Below are positions 33,893-44,034 of a stretch of DNA of 64,000 nucleotides, one piece after another. A model generated the notes under the pieces. It was not told the DNA's origin. It saw only the letters and a program-made list of their open reading frames with translations, and did not search any database. The translations under genes and the position numbers were made by a program. Every line of letters begins with the position of its first letter. Within the stretch, counting starts at the first letter, position 1. Origin of the DNA: Oopsacas minuta (taxonomy: Eukaryota; Animalia; Porifera); NCBI GenBank assembly GCA_024704765.1, contig JAKMXF010000011.1:727557-791556 (forward strand), written 5' to 3'.

Positions 33893-36523
33893 TGATTGAT
33901 ATTTTCATTTATTATATCAGTTCCAGAGGGCTGATTTTGATTGACTCTATCGCATTTATTATCATTGTATATTTTATGATTTCTCTCTCTTTCTCAGGCT
34001 ATATTATCTGTTATTTTATAAACTTATCTCTATTGAATTTATTTGATTATATATTGTCACTAATGAAATTTTCACACAAGTTGTAGCTATTGATAATTAT
34101 TGGGGTAATGTAGCCGTGCCAACCTGGGGTCCACCAACGACTGCAGGGTATTTTCTAAGTTTTTAATGATGTAAATGCAAATGGTATATTCAATTAGTTG
34201 GAAATATAACGACACAACACTTTGATGTTTAAAGTTCCAAATTCTAAACACTATTGCTGGGATCATCAATGTCCAATTAGTAAGTACATAGTGGAACTTA
34301 CAACCTACACTTAGGTAGTCACGTCGTCCGATTCTAACTATGGCTAACTCGTGTCTATTAAGTGGTTACCTAGAGGTGGAAATAACATCCAGGTTATAGT
34401 TCAATACTTATATTACCAACTAATGGACTACACTGTAGCTGTAGGCGTTTATATAATTAAAATACTTAGAATTTACATGGGACATAGTATGATTGGGCAA
34501 TCGCATGATGAATTGAATAGCTTTTATAATTTGCATAGATGGCCTTTAACTAATCAATATTGAAAGTGTGGACACTTCATAGAATTAGCTAGGCAGGTTT
34601 AAACCACTTCCAAAGGTTAGATTTCCTATAAATATCAACAAAAACATACTAAATAATGTTAATTATAAAGATGAGCATTCAATCTGAATTCGGAGCAACA
34701 AAGGGCTCTAAAAAGCCGAGTTGTATTTCGAGATTTGAGCAAGATGAATCGTCACAGGAATCTACAATATCAAATACATCAACTGGTAAATATGGTAGGA
34801 ATCTCATTGTAATTGATCCAATCCATGGTCATATAGAATTACACCCTGTACTAGTCGCGATTATGGACACCCCACAATTTCAACGCTTACGATATATCCG
34901 ACAATTAGGCACCACTTATTTCGTATTCCCGGGAGGAATTCATACGAGATTTGAACATAGTATCGGCGTGAGTCATTTAACAAGACAACTATTAATGAAT
35001 ATATCCCAAAAGCAACCATGTTTGGGCATAACAGAACTCGATATTCTATGTTGCGAAATAGCTGGTTTGTGTCATGATTTGGGACATGGTTTTTTCTCGC
35101 ATCTCTACGAACATTTCCTTTCATTCACAGATCAAAGAGGCTGGAAACACGAAAATATGTCAACAGAAATGCTTGACTATCTCATACGGGAAAATAATTT
35201 AATGGAAATATTCAATAAATACCATTTAAACGAGAACGATATAAGCTTCGTTAAGGAAATGATTTCAAATAAACCTGGTGGCGATTTAACTAACGAATGG
35301 CCTTATATAGGTAGAGGTAAAGAGAAATCATTTCTCTATGATATCGTTGCGAATAAAGGAACTGGTATGGACGTAGATAAATGGGACTATATCGAGAGAG
35401 ATGCATATTACCTTGGCGTACCGAATTCATTCGATTCTTCACGTTTGATGAAGTTTATGAGAGTGATTGAAGTTGATGGAGTACTACAGATTTGCTTGAG
35501 AGATAAAGCGCTTAATGACGTGTATGAAATGTACGCTACACGTGCGAAATTATCCCGCAACGCTTATTTCCATAAAACAGTGAAAGGTATAGAGCTTATG
35601 TTATGTGATGCGTTCGTACTCGCAGATCCTTATTTGAAAATCCCAACAGCTGATACGAATAGGTTTGTGACATTGTCAGGGGCATCGAAGGATCCAATCG
35701 CGTTTAGTTTAGTTAACGACTCGATTCTGCACGCAATTATGTTATCGCCTGACCCAAACTTAGATGAAGCGAAAAGTATCATTAATAGGATAATGAAACG
35801 TGAATTGTATCCTCTAATCGGGAAAATGTATTTAGTTAATAAAATGGTGAAAAGTGACGTAGAAATTACCAAAGAAATATGTTCATACCAATCACAACTC
35901 AATATTGAGTTGGAAAAACCGTTGTTACCAGAGGATTTGAAAATAGAATCATTAATGATCCATTTCGGTATGAAACAAAAAAACCCGATTGATAAACTGT
36001 ATTTTTTCTCCAAATCAGACATCAATAAAGCATTTCTTATACCCAAATCTGAATTGAGTTATATGTTGCCTTCCAATTTCGGTGAATATATATTTCGTGT
36101 ATATTGCAGACGAAATGAAACGGTCTATATCAACAGAGCAAAGGATTGCTTCAGGTTATGGAAAGAAAAATCAAGCGTCAGTTGAAGAAGAATATTATTA
36201 AGTATTATTTATAAGTGTTTGTCGTGTGTCTCATTACAGTGTATCCATACTCTTTTTATCCCCTATTATTAACACATACTATTAAAAGATTGTAACATTA
36301 ATATTTGATAAGAAATTCTACAAAAGTCAAAATGTAACCTCAACAAAGCTTAGCAATTAAACTCAAACTCAATAAAATAGTTTTAATTAATTTAGGAATC
36401 TTTGTGGGGAAGCTAAATGTCCAATAAATCTTATTAAAATCTGCCTCAGATAGATAACTATTGCTGCTCCATCGTCTATTAAACCTATAGGCCCCAAAAT
36501 AGCTTCAGGGAGAATATCAATTG
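33893..36523. repeat. Tandem segmental duplication, unit 2 (about 2.6 kb)
   Basis: See unit 1; upstream indels make this unit shorter. Confidence 0.92.
34671..36185 (+). CDS. SAMHD1: SAMHD1-like dNTP triphosphohydrolase, copy B (no SAM domain), intronless
   Basis: Same motifs as copy A with an intact frame; likely ATG at 34671 (MSIQSE), ORF track start 34656. Confidence 0.95.
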   Translation: MSIQSEFGATKGSKKPSCISRFEQDESSQESTISNTSTGKYGRNLIVIDPIHGHIELHPVLVAIMDTPQFQRLRYIRQLGTTYFVFPGGIHTRFEHSIGVSHLTRQLLMNISQKQPCLGITELDILCCEIAGLCHDLGHGFFSHLYEHFLSFTDQRGWKHENMSTEMLDYLIRENNLMEIFNKYHLNENDISFVKEMISNKPGGDLTNEWPYIGRGKEKSFLYDIVANKGTGMDVDKWDYIERDAYYLGVPNSFDSSRLMKFMRVIEVDGVLQICLRDKALNDVYEMYATRAKLSRNAYFHKTVKGIELMLCDAFVLADPYLKIPTADTNRFVTLSGASKDPIAFSLVNDSILHAIMLSPDPNLDEAKSIINRIMKRELYPLIGKMYLVNKMVKSDVEITKEICSYQSQLNIELEKPLLPEDLKIESLMIHFGMKQKNPIDKLYFFSKSDINKAFLIPKSELSYMLPSNFGEYIFRVYCRRNETVYINRAKDCFRLWKEKSSVS

Positions 36524-37109
36524 GAGAAATTACATAAGCAATTAACACAAGTGTGTACATTAATACAGATATTTTAATGTCACGGGGTAGTAGGCTGAAT
36601 GAATTCCAAATGTAGCTTACTATCGCTATGGAATCTTGTGAATAGAATCTTGTCCAATTGGCTAAATAATTCGTTTGGGAGAATTTACTGTTATAATCTT
36701 GAATTTGGCATAAAATTATCCTATTTTCTCTATTTAAGCCATTTTGACTATAGCACGTTAATAGAAATGATATTTCGCTTCGGCAACAAGGACATGAAGC
36801 AGGATTGTTCGTTCCTTTAGATCGCCACCATCCTATAATACAATCACTACAGTACTTGTGGTTACAATTAGTTTGTATGGGAAGTTCTATCGGCTCTGTA
36901 TGACATATAGGACATTCTTTGTTGAATCCTGCGGAATGGTTTTCTTGGATTTGTACTTGTGGGAAGTTCAGGAGATATCCTACCTTGTTTATTATCTTTA
37001 TGATCAATGCTTTTATACCGTATAGATATATAAATGCGAAACAAATACAAGGAAAGCATATTGTGAATAAGAGGCAAGTTGGGAGTATTGCCAAAGCTGC
37101 CAATTCCAT
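36387..37109 (-). CDS. RNF170: RING E3 ligase RNF170 homologue, intronless
   Basis: N-terminal TM, C3HC4 RING (CPIC..NCNHKYCSDC..CPCCR) and C-terminal YVISPIDILPEAILGPIGLIDD. Confidence 0.88.
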   Translation of the reverse strand: MELAALAILPTCLLFTICFPCICFAFIYLYGIKALIIKIINKVGYLLNFPQVQIQENHSAGFNKECPICHTEPIELPIQTNCNHKYCSDCIIGWWRSKGTNNPASCPCCRSEISFLLTCYSQNGLNRENRIILCQIQDYNSKFSQTNYLANWTRFYSQDSIAIVSYIWNSFSLLPRDIKISVLMYTLVLIAYVISPIDILPEAILGPIGLIDDGAAIVIYLRQILIRFIGHLASPQRFLN

Positions 37110-37150
37110 TATATTAATACAAAGCTAACGTAAATAATAAAATGATAATA

Positions 37151-37331
37151 CAGTCAATTCTTGTCGTATTGAAGCTCAAGAGACCGATGAGTTCGATATG
37201 ACAGATGAAATTTATGTTTCTTTGACGGTTTTTGGCCATATTTGTACAATTTCATACTTTAATATAAGCGGGATTTAGATATATCCGTGTTCGATATAAC
37301 TGGGCTTGATAGATATAACGGGAAATTACTG
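37151..37331. mobile_element. MITE family A
   Basis: TA-cagtcaattc..gaagctcaag..catatttgtacaattt..tccgtgttcgatataac. Confidence 0.8.
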
Positions 37332-37537
37332 AATCATACATACTAACCTCTTTTACAAATTTCCTGGATGTACAATATTTGATGTGAAATCCAGGAAGGA
37401 TGCAGAAATAAACAACAAACAACAATAAAGAAAATTTTAATAAATAAATTTGAAATATAAAGTAATAAACATATAAACTAACGCGGGAAACTGTTGGAGT
37501 TAAGTGTCCATGTAAATAAGTGATACAAATGAAATAT

Positions 37538-39739
37538 CTAAAGAAATGAGCTGAGTTGGAAAACTTGGATAATAGAATTTAGCTTGTCACAAACCATTAT
37601 AATATTGTCATCACGTGACACTATATCTGAAGGTTGGTCTTTCCCATTGCGGATTATTTTCGTTAAACACACTTTATCTTTCGTAAAAAGCGCAATTGTT
37701 TCAGTATTATTCAACAATATCTCTCCTGAGTTAGAAACCACAATTTTTAACGGTGAAATGAATTCCTGATCCTCAGTAAAACTAGCAAAAGTCGCGAGAA
37801 AATTTCCATATAAATCATAAATATTAATACAAGGATTCCCCATATGCAGTATAACAAGCTGTCCATCGTTACTAACTGCTACATCAACAGGGAATTTAAG
37901 TGACCCTACTTCTTCCGATTGAGCTCCGATCATTTGTTTAAAATACAAATCATCGCTGTATAAATGCACCCTATGATTATGATAATCTGCTATAAAAAGA
38001 TTGCCGTCTTTCGAAGTAGCTAAGCCGCCAAAACCTCCAAAATTGAACTTCCTATCTTTACTAGCATCATCTCCAAGATCTTGGAAGTGTTGGCCACTCG
38101 GGCTGAACACACGCACTGTATTTTGATTCTGTATTAACAAAAATATAAATGAATTACTAATTGCCATACTATTTATTATAAGCAATTCCTCAGCGCCTCT
38201 ACGAACACTAAATGTTTTTATTAAGTCACCTCTTGCATCTAGCCGTCTCACTGATCGATTACAACCATCATACACTAGGATGTTATTATTCTCTTTCGAT
38301 ACTGCCATGCAGCAAGGTTTGAATTTAGTTAAACCGAGTGAAGCTGCGGTTATTGTCACCTCAGGTTGTGGTATTTTCTTAAACACAATTCTACCAACAT
38401 TTTCTAATAGATACGATGTATGTGAGTCAATAATTGCATCCAATTCAGGCTCATTTTCACTCAAAGATCCATTTTGTGTCGCGAATTCTATGATTTGTCT
38501 CAATCTATTTTCTAAACACGGCAATAATGATGTAATGGATGAGCTTAATTGGCTGTTACAATGTAATGTACATGTTGTAGACAGATTGCTCAATGAATTG
38601 ACATTTAGCTGTAAGTCTATTTCAACTTTATTCAATCTATCTATTTCTGCTTCATAAAACGAATCTATTTTCTCAACTAAAATTTGCTTGCGTTTTTCGA
38701 GAATTTGAACTAAACCATCAAACATGCTTTCTATATGGAACTTTTTCGTGTTTCTCACGTTTTCAATGTTTTGTATTTTTTCTGGTAAACATTCTAAAAT
38801 CCTTGCTAAATCTTCTGACTGTAGTTTGGCTTGTTTTTGAAAAGAAGATAGTGTATTATGTGCTTCTCCTAGTGCCTCGCTTATATTGCGAATACTCTCA
38901 CATCTCTGATGGGGCGGTACACAAGCTTCACATAACACTGTTTGACATGAGTTACAATAGCTGGTAGCTAATTCTGTGGGATGGTAGGAACATGATGGTG
39001 TTGAGCTGAGAGAAAGGAGAGATGGAAGATCCATAGTGATTATCTGTAGAGAAGATGAGATGAATAATTTCTATGTATTTTCTAACCGAGGAGGGGCCGA
39101 ATATTGAAAAAATATTTTCCAAAATTTAATAATTTTAGTATGAAAGATAGGCAAAACAGACAGTACATACAAAAATAATCGTCCCTACGAAGGGGGTCTG
39201 CCACGATCTGCGAACTTTGTTAAAAACTCAACAATTATGGGAGACAAAATTCTTACCTCTTGAGTAGAAATAAGTTTATGAGAACTACAATGTCTCTTGT
39301 GAGCTTTTGCATCAATCTTACACATAACAAAGTTACACTGAGTACAATACTGTGTTGCTATATCAGGTTCATCCAGGAGACAGTCTTGACAGAGAGGGGG
39401 AGGGAGAGGAGGAGCGTGATTTGGGGGACCTGTTACATTCTCATTATTTTTGAGAGGAGATTTTGGGTTTTGTAAAATTGCGGAGTCTTTAATTGTAGAT
39501 AATTTTGAGAGAATATCTGATAATTCATTCGTGGGAAGTTTGTCTATTCCCTCTTTTGGAATTCCTGTAACTGATTTACAAAGCGGACATGTGTATTCAT
39601 GTTTGGAATCAGGTTTTATGCAGGAACCGCAAAATGTATGTAAACAAGTGAGAAATTTCGGTTGCTTATAGTTTGAATTACACATTGTGCATTTAACGAA
39701 TGAATCCAGAAGCGTCAAATCGAGTTGCTTGGGATTCAT
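37538..39739 (-). CDS. TRIM-NHL E3 ligase (RING, two B-boxes, coiled coil, NHL repeats), 2 exons
   Basis: Exons 39739-39257 and 39043-37538; RING CTMC..CLHTFCGSC..CPLC, B-box1 CQDC..CTQC..C..H..H, B-box2 CSYH..C..C..C..H; NHL motifs FIADYHNHRV and FPVDVAV. Confidence 0.88.
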
Positions 39740-40432
39740 GCCAAATTTCACAGGTATGTGAGTCGTTTATATATATTTATACTTTCGCGAAGTTTATAGA
39801 GAAGATAGCCTATTATTTAATTTATACAAAATATATTAGTTGAATGAACTGCCAAAAAAGCCATAATTACATAGGAAATCACTTTGGACAGATTGCGATC
39901 ATTTCTAATGAGATTCTTAATAGGAAATTACACCTGGGCTTCTATCTGTAAGGTTTTAACCATCAAATTACGTTGTATTTTCATATGAATAATGTGATTA
40001 TGAAATGAGGGTCTTATGGCTTGTGTGCAAAAAGTAACATAGAAATCGTAGTTAAGTTTAAATCATATACAACAAATAGGTTTGGCGCCATGGGGGCGAG
40101 GGGCGAACCCAGATAAAGGCCTGTTTGATTGGTAATGGTTTGAATATCATAAAAAGTATGTATTTATGTGCAGATGTACAAAATATGCAAGAGATGAGAA
40201 TTTATTGAGTATTATAATATTTTGTTCTTGAATGTACTCAATTACTTACATGTTACACTCGTAATGAATCGGAATATTTATCTTTAGCGCTATGTTTTAC
40301 ATATTTTCCACTTTTTTGAACTCCAAAAATTTCAATTTTTTCAGCAAATCTGTTCATTTCAAAATGTAAATGGTTCGTGCATATAGAAAATTAGTAAAGC
40401 TGCTTCGGTAATTCAGGGGTGATCTTATAGAC

Positions 40433-40555
40433 CAGAGGTTCCCAACTTTGTTGATAGCACCAATTTGAACCCTATGACCCCTCCCATAGACTGCAAAACA
40501 ACTTTGAGAACATGTGGACCCCTGCTGTCGTCCGTGGACATAGACCATAAGGGTC
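40433..40555. mobile_element. MITE family D, partial
   Basis: cagaggttcccaac..gtggacccctgctgtcgtccgtggac. Confidence 0.6.
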
Positions 40556-40643
40556 TGTAGAAAATTGTGTGCACACAGAAATTACACATATTAGTATTGA
40601 ATTATTGAATTAAACCAAATTTAATAAATAACGATACAGTGTA

Positions 40644-41222
40644 TTAATTCAATTTATCAGCATATTTTACAGAATACAATATTGCCGCTAACAGAGTAGT
40701 ACCCCATAGAGCTAGTGTTGTGTTCCATATAATCCTAGCTTGTTTGCCTTTTTCATATGAATGTGTAGGTGATGATAATATCGTATCGCGCTTTTTATTA
40801 GCATAATACGAGCCTGGATAATGATTCTTAGTGTATTCCTCAAAATTGTATATTTTCCGCGAGCTATGTACATAAACTCGCGAAATATTTGACCGACGGA
40901 TATGTGGAGTAAATCCTCTGGAAAACTCATTCGCCATTGAATTGCTTTTATCAAATCGCCGTCGCTCATCAATATCACTTAACATTTTGTAAGCCCTCGT
41001 TAGTTTGGTGAATTTCGCATGTGATTCTTTACTTCCTTGATTTCTATCTGGATGATATTTAAATGATAAATTATGATAAGCCTTTTTGATTTCATCTTGT
41101 GTAGCTGATAACTTAATGCCTAATATCTCGTATGGATCAAGGTCTCTTGATTTAGAAAATTGGCTTAAACTTCGACATTGTAAGGACAGTAGCCTAATAT
41201 TATTCATCCAAAATACAGACAT
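40644..41222 (-). CDS. DNAJC30: Mitochondrial J-domain protein with C-terminal TM (DNAJC30-like)
   Basis: DPYEILGI..EIKKAY....KYHPDRN J-domain, YNFEEY..NHY motif and C-terminal hydrophobic anchor; likely ATG at 41222 with a presequence-like N-terminus. Confidence 0.75.
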   Translation of the reverse strand: MSVFWMNNIRLLSLQCRSLSQFSKSRDLDPYEILGIKLSATQDEIKKAYHNLSFKYHPDRNQGSKESHAKFTKLTRAYKMLSDIDERRRFDKSNSMANEFSRGFTPHIRRSNISRVYVHSSRKIYNFEEYTKNHYPGSYYANKKRDTILSSPTHSYEKGKQARIIWNTTLALWGTTLLAAILYSVKYADKLN

Positions 41223-41307
41223 CAATTCGTTCTCATTAGCGTAGCATTTTATTGGTTGTAAGGATCTAGAGTGCAAATAAAATGATTTTTTTGTGCTATT
41301 ATAATTA

Positions 41308-41483
41308 CAGCCAACCCCCGTCGTATCAAAGCTCAAGGCCAAGGGGCCGCCAAGATACAAGCGGAGTTCGATAAAATATACCGATGAATTTTTGACGAAT
41401 TGGGACCATATTTGTACAATTTCAGACTTCTATAAAAAGCGGGTTTTTCGATATATCTGTGTTCGATATAACAGGAATTGACT
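41308..41483. mobile_element. MITE family A
   Basis: TA-cagccaacccccg..gggaccatatttgtacaattt..gttcgatataacaggaattgact. Confidence 0.8.
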
Positions 41484-41759
41484 AATATTTTCTAGAATAA
41501 TTACAGATGTAAGGAAAATAGTATCTACGTAATTTAAACAATAATAAACCGAACGTGGATAAAAGTAGTGAAATCTAATTGAATAATGAAGCGATTCTTT
41601 TATGCATTAAATAGAGCCACCAGGTCAATTGTCCCGGTGTGACACTGTAAACAGAGTTAACTGTAATTAGATAAATGCATCAAAAGAGTAGCATTCCATA
41701 GAAATATAAAAGCACTCGTTAATGATATATGTATATCACATGCAACAAATAATAACTCT

Positions 41760-43196
41760 TCAATCTTGGAAAACATATACCTTCAATAATTTCCCATTAG
41801 TTCCTACACAACTAACTTGATCATGTACGACATGGGTTAGTCTAGGAAAAGGATTGAGTGCGAGTGACCCTCCCAACAATGTATATCTACTTTCTAACAC
41901 CTTACGACCTCCTTCTTTCTTCCAAACGTATACACGAATAGAAAAATCATCTGAGCATGACATAACACGATAACTGGTGGCGAAAACCGCGTTTACATAG
42001 CCTTTATGATCGTGAAATTGTTTGATTAGCTCGATTTTATTTTTCGAATTTATTGTGTACTGTTGTACTTCACCGTCGCGACCACCAACGATAAAATCAT
42101 GACCAGGACACATTGATAGACAACTGAAATTATGAAATGAATATTTGTCGATAGGGTGTATCCATTGACCTAGCATATTTTTGCTGTTATCAATTTCAAA
42201 TAGGGAAATTTGTCCGAATGAAAGGCAAATAAATAATGGTGTTTTCGATACTTTTATCCATCCACCATCAAGTACATGATCCGCCAATAGTAGTCTCGTT
42301 ATTAAGCATTCTGCTTCTGTACACTCTGTAGAGGTTTTCGCGAAATCTAACACATCAAGATCATCTTTATCACTTGCGAAAATAACTACTTTCGTCTGAT
42401 TCGCGTTTACTAGAATTTTCAACTGATCTTTACCACCATCTGGATAATAACCTCCCGTGTGTACCGTACGGTAAGGATCTACAGTGTCATTATTCTCAAA
42501 ATCTTTCCAAAACAAAACTGATCCATCTTTATGCGCTGAAAGGAATAAATCGCAATTTCCTTTCACACAACTCTTAATATATTGTAGGGAAAATATGGGA
42601 CTATTCGTTTCATGGCCTTTAACAATTTCTAATGATGGTAATTTCAATCGTGTAATTCTACCCATTTCATCTCCAGCGATTATTTCACTCATATCTGGTG
42701 AATTTACAATACATTTTACCGGAGAATCTATTTTACACAAACTAATACATTTCTTGCTATCAACATCCCATAGTCGAACTGTACCGTCGTCAGCTGCGGA
42801 AACAACATTTGACAGTTTAAATTCATCAATTTCCGCGTTAGCACCCAATTTAACATATAAAGAACCTGTGATGAGTTCGTCATGCCCGCGTAGTGTTTTA
42901 ACTTGGAAATTACCAGATCTACCGCCATCCATTTTCACTTCAACAGTTCTACGTTTCGAATAGTAAGATTTCCATCTAAAATTACAACTGGGAGTAGATT
43001 GAATATTACAAAAGCCCCAACGCTGTAAGCTCAAAACACGCCATACGAAATTGTTTTGTGTAATTTCATAGAATGTGTAGCATGTTCTACCTAATTTTAG
43101 AATATCCCTATCTTCTAAATATTCGCATATAGACAGGAGTATGTCAAGAGGGAGATTAAGGATAGGACATTCTGTTAGGAGGATTTCTTCAGCCAT
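41760..43196 (-). CDS. F-box/WD40 protein, intronless
   Basis: F-box LNLPLDILLSICEYL..RDILKLGRTC..W; WD repeats GHDELIT, VSAADDGTVRLWD, DHKGYVNAV, MSCSDDFSIRVYVW; likely ATG at 43196. Confidence 0.85.
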   Translation of the reverse strand: MAEEILLTECPILNLPLDILLSICEYLEDRDILKLGRTCYTFYEITQNNFVWRVLSLQRWGFCNIQSTPSCNFRWKSYYSKRRTVEVKMDGGRSGNFQVKTLRGHDELITGSLYVKLGANAEIDEFKLSNVVSAADDGTVRLWDVDSKKCISLCKIDSPVKCIVNSPDMSEIIAGDEMGRITRLKLPSLEIVKGHETNSPIFSLQYIKSCVKGNCDLFLSAHKDGSVLFWKDFENNDTVDPYRTVHTGGYYPDGGKDQLKILVNANQTKVVIFASDKDDLDVLDFAKTSTECTEAECLITRLLLADHVLDGGWIKVSKTPLFICLSFGQISLFEIDNSKNMLGQWIHPIDKYSFHNFSCLSMCPGHDFIVGGRDGEVQQYTINSKNKIELIKQFHDHKGYVNAVFATSYRVMSCSDDFSIRVYVWKKEGGRKVLESRYTLLGGSLALNPFPRLTHVVHDQVSCVGTNGKLLKVYVFQD

Positions 43197-43574
43197 TTCT
43201 ATTATAAATTGGAATTTATTAGGTAATACAGTCGAAATCAGTTTTTGAGAAAAGAGGAAAAAAACGATTTCAACTGTATAGTTACTTTTGTGTAAGTTGT
43301 TCAAAGCAAATATACTTCAAGACCGCTTCTCTTGGCAAAATATCTAAAATTGCAATCTGTGCTGACAGAATATTATACCAATTGATATATTTAAAGTGAC
43401 GCTATCAGTAAATACAATAAACATAATCTGCTGTCGGCACAGATTGTAATTTCGATTTTTTGCTCGCTATCTTAGTAAAAGTAGTCTTAAAATAAATAGG
43501 ATTAATAGAGTTCGCCATACAGCCCAAAAATGCTTTGCTATGCCTCCTCTAAAAATAAATATTTCTCATAATTA

Positions 43575-43757
43575 CAGTGGAGTCTCCCAATAACGGACAC
43601 GTTGAGGATTAAATTTTGTCCTTTGTAGGTGAGATGTCCGCTTCTCAGAGGTTAAGTATTATTTACATGTATTATTAACTTATTTCGTTCCACGAGCTTG
43701 TCCGTTTGTAGAGGTGTTGTCACCTTTTCGGAGTGTCCGTTTTGGGAGACTCCACTG
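43575..43757. mobile_element. pogo/Tigger-like MITE (family C)
   Basis: TA-cagtggagtctccca..acggacac ... gtgtccgt..tgggagactccactg-TA; near-perfect TIRs of about 25 bp. Confidence 0.88.
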
Positions 43758-44034
43758 TATACCTTAAGGTATTCCCAAGAAAGTAATTATAACTACCACA
43801 TATATACTCAACTAAATGCCCAGCTCAAAACTTCATAATAACTAAAGAGAATGTACATGTATTGAAGTACGTTATAAACAATTCAAGGATTAACAAAATG
43901 TACATAAATCTTAACAAATCTGTTTAAAAACTAATAAATAAAAATATAGCGACAATATACAAACATTGATAAGGAGAATTATTAAAAGCATCCGTAAAAG
44001 GCCAAAATATCGGGTGAAGGATGAGGCAATATAT

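Larger units (their letters stand above)
30805..33893. repeat. Tandem segmental duplication, unit 1 (about 3.1 kb)
   Basis: 30810-30990 matches 33897-34075; parts of 31310-31990 match 34086-34640; SAMHD1 CDS and 33553-33888 match 36186-36516. Confidence 0.92.

Noticed and set aside
33892-34086. Hydrophobic 64-aa ORF as a membrane micropeptide
   Set aside because: AT-rich duplicated flank; the paralogous segment at 30810-30990 gives no matching start and the composition reflects T-richness
33003-36046. Duplicated minus-strand ORFs (33003-33413, 35630-36046, 32285-32536, 34861-35124)
   Set aside because: Antisense shadows of SAMHD1, conserved only because the sense gene is duplicated
31948-36185. 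Horizontal transfer of a bacterial HD-domain dNTPase, suggested by the intronless SAM-less ORFs
   Set aside because: The sequence follows animal SAMHD1 along its whole length (WPY.GR, KSFLY.IV.NK, NPID, RVYC), and many neighbouring host genes are also intronless
42484-42963. 159-aa plus-strand ORF, and similar ORFs at 38280-38657, 55276-55563 and 63148-63444
   Set aside because: Antisense to well-supported genes and lacking recognisable motifs
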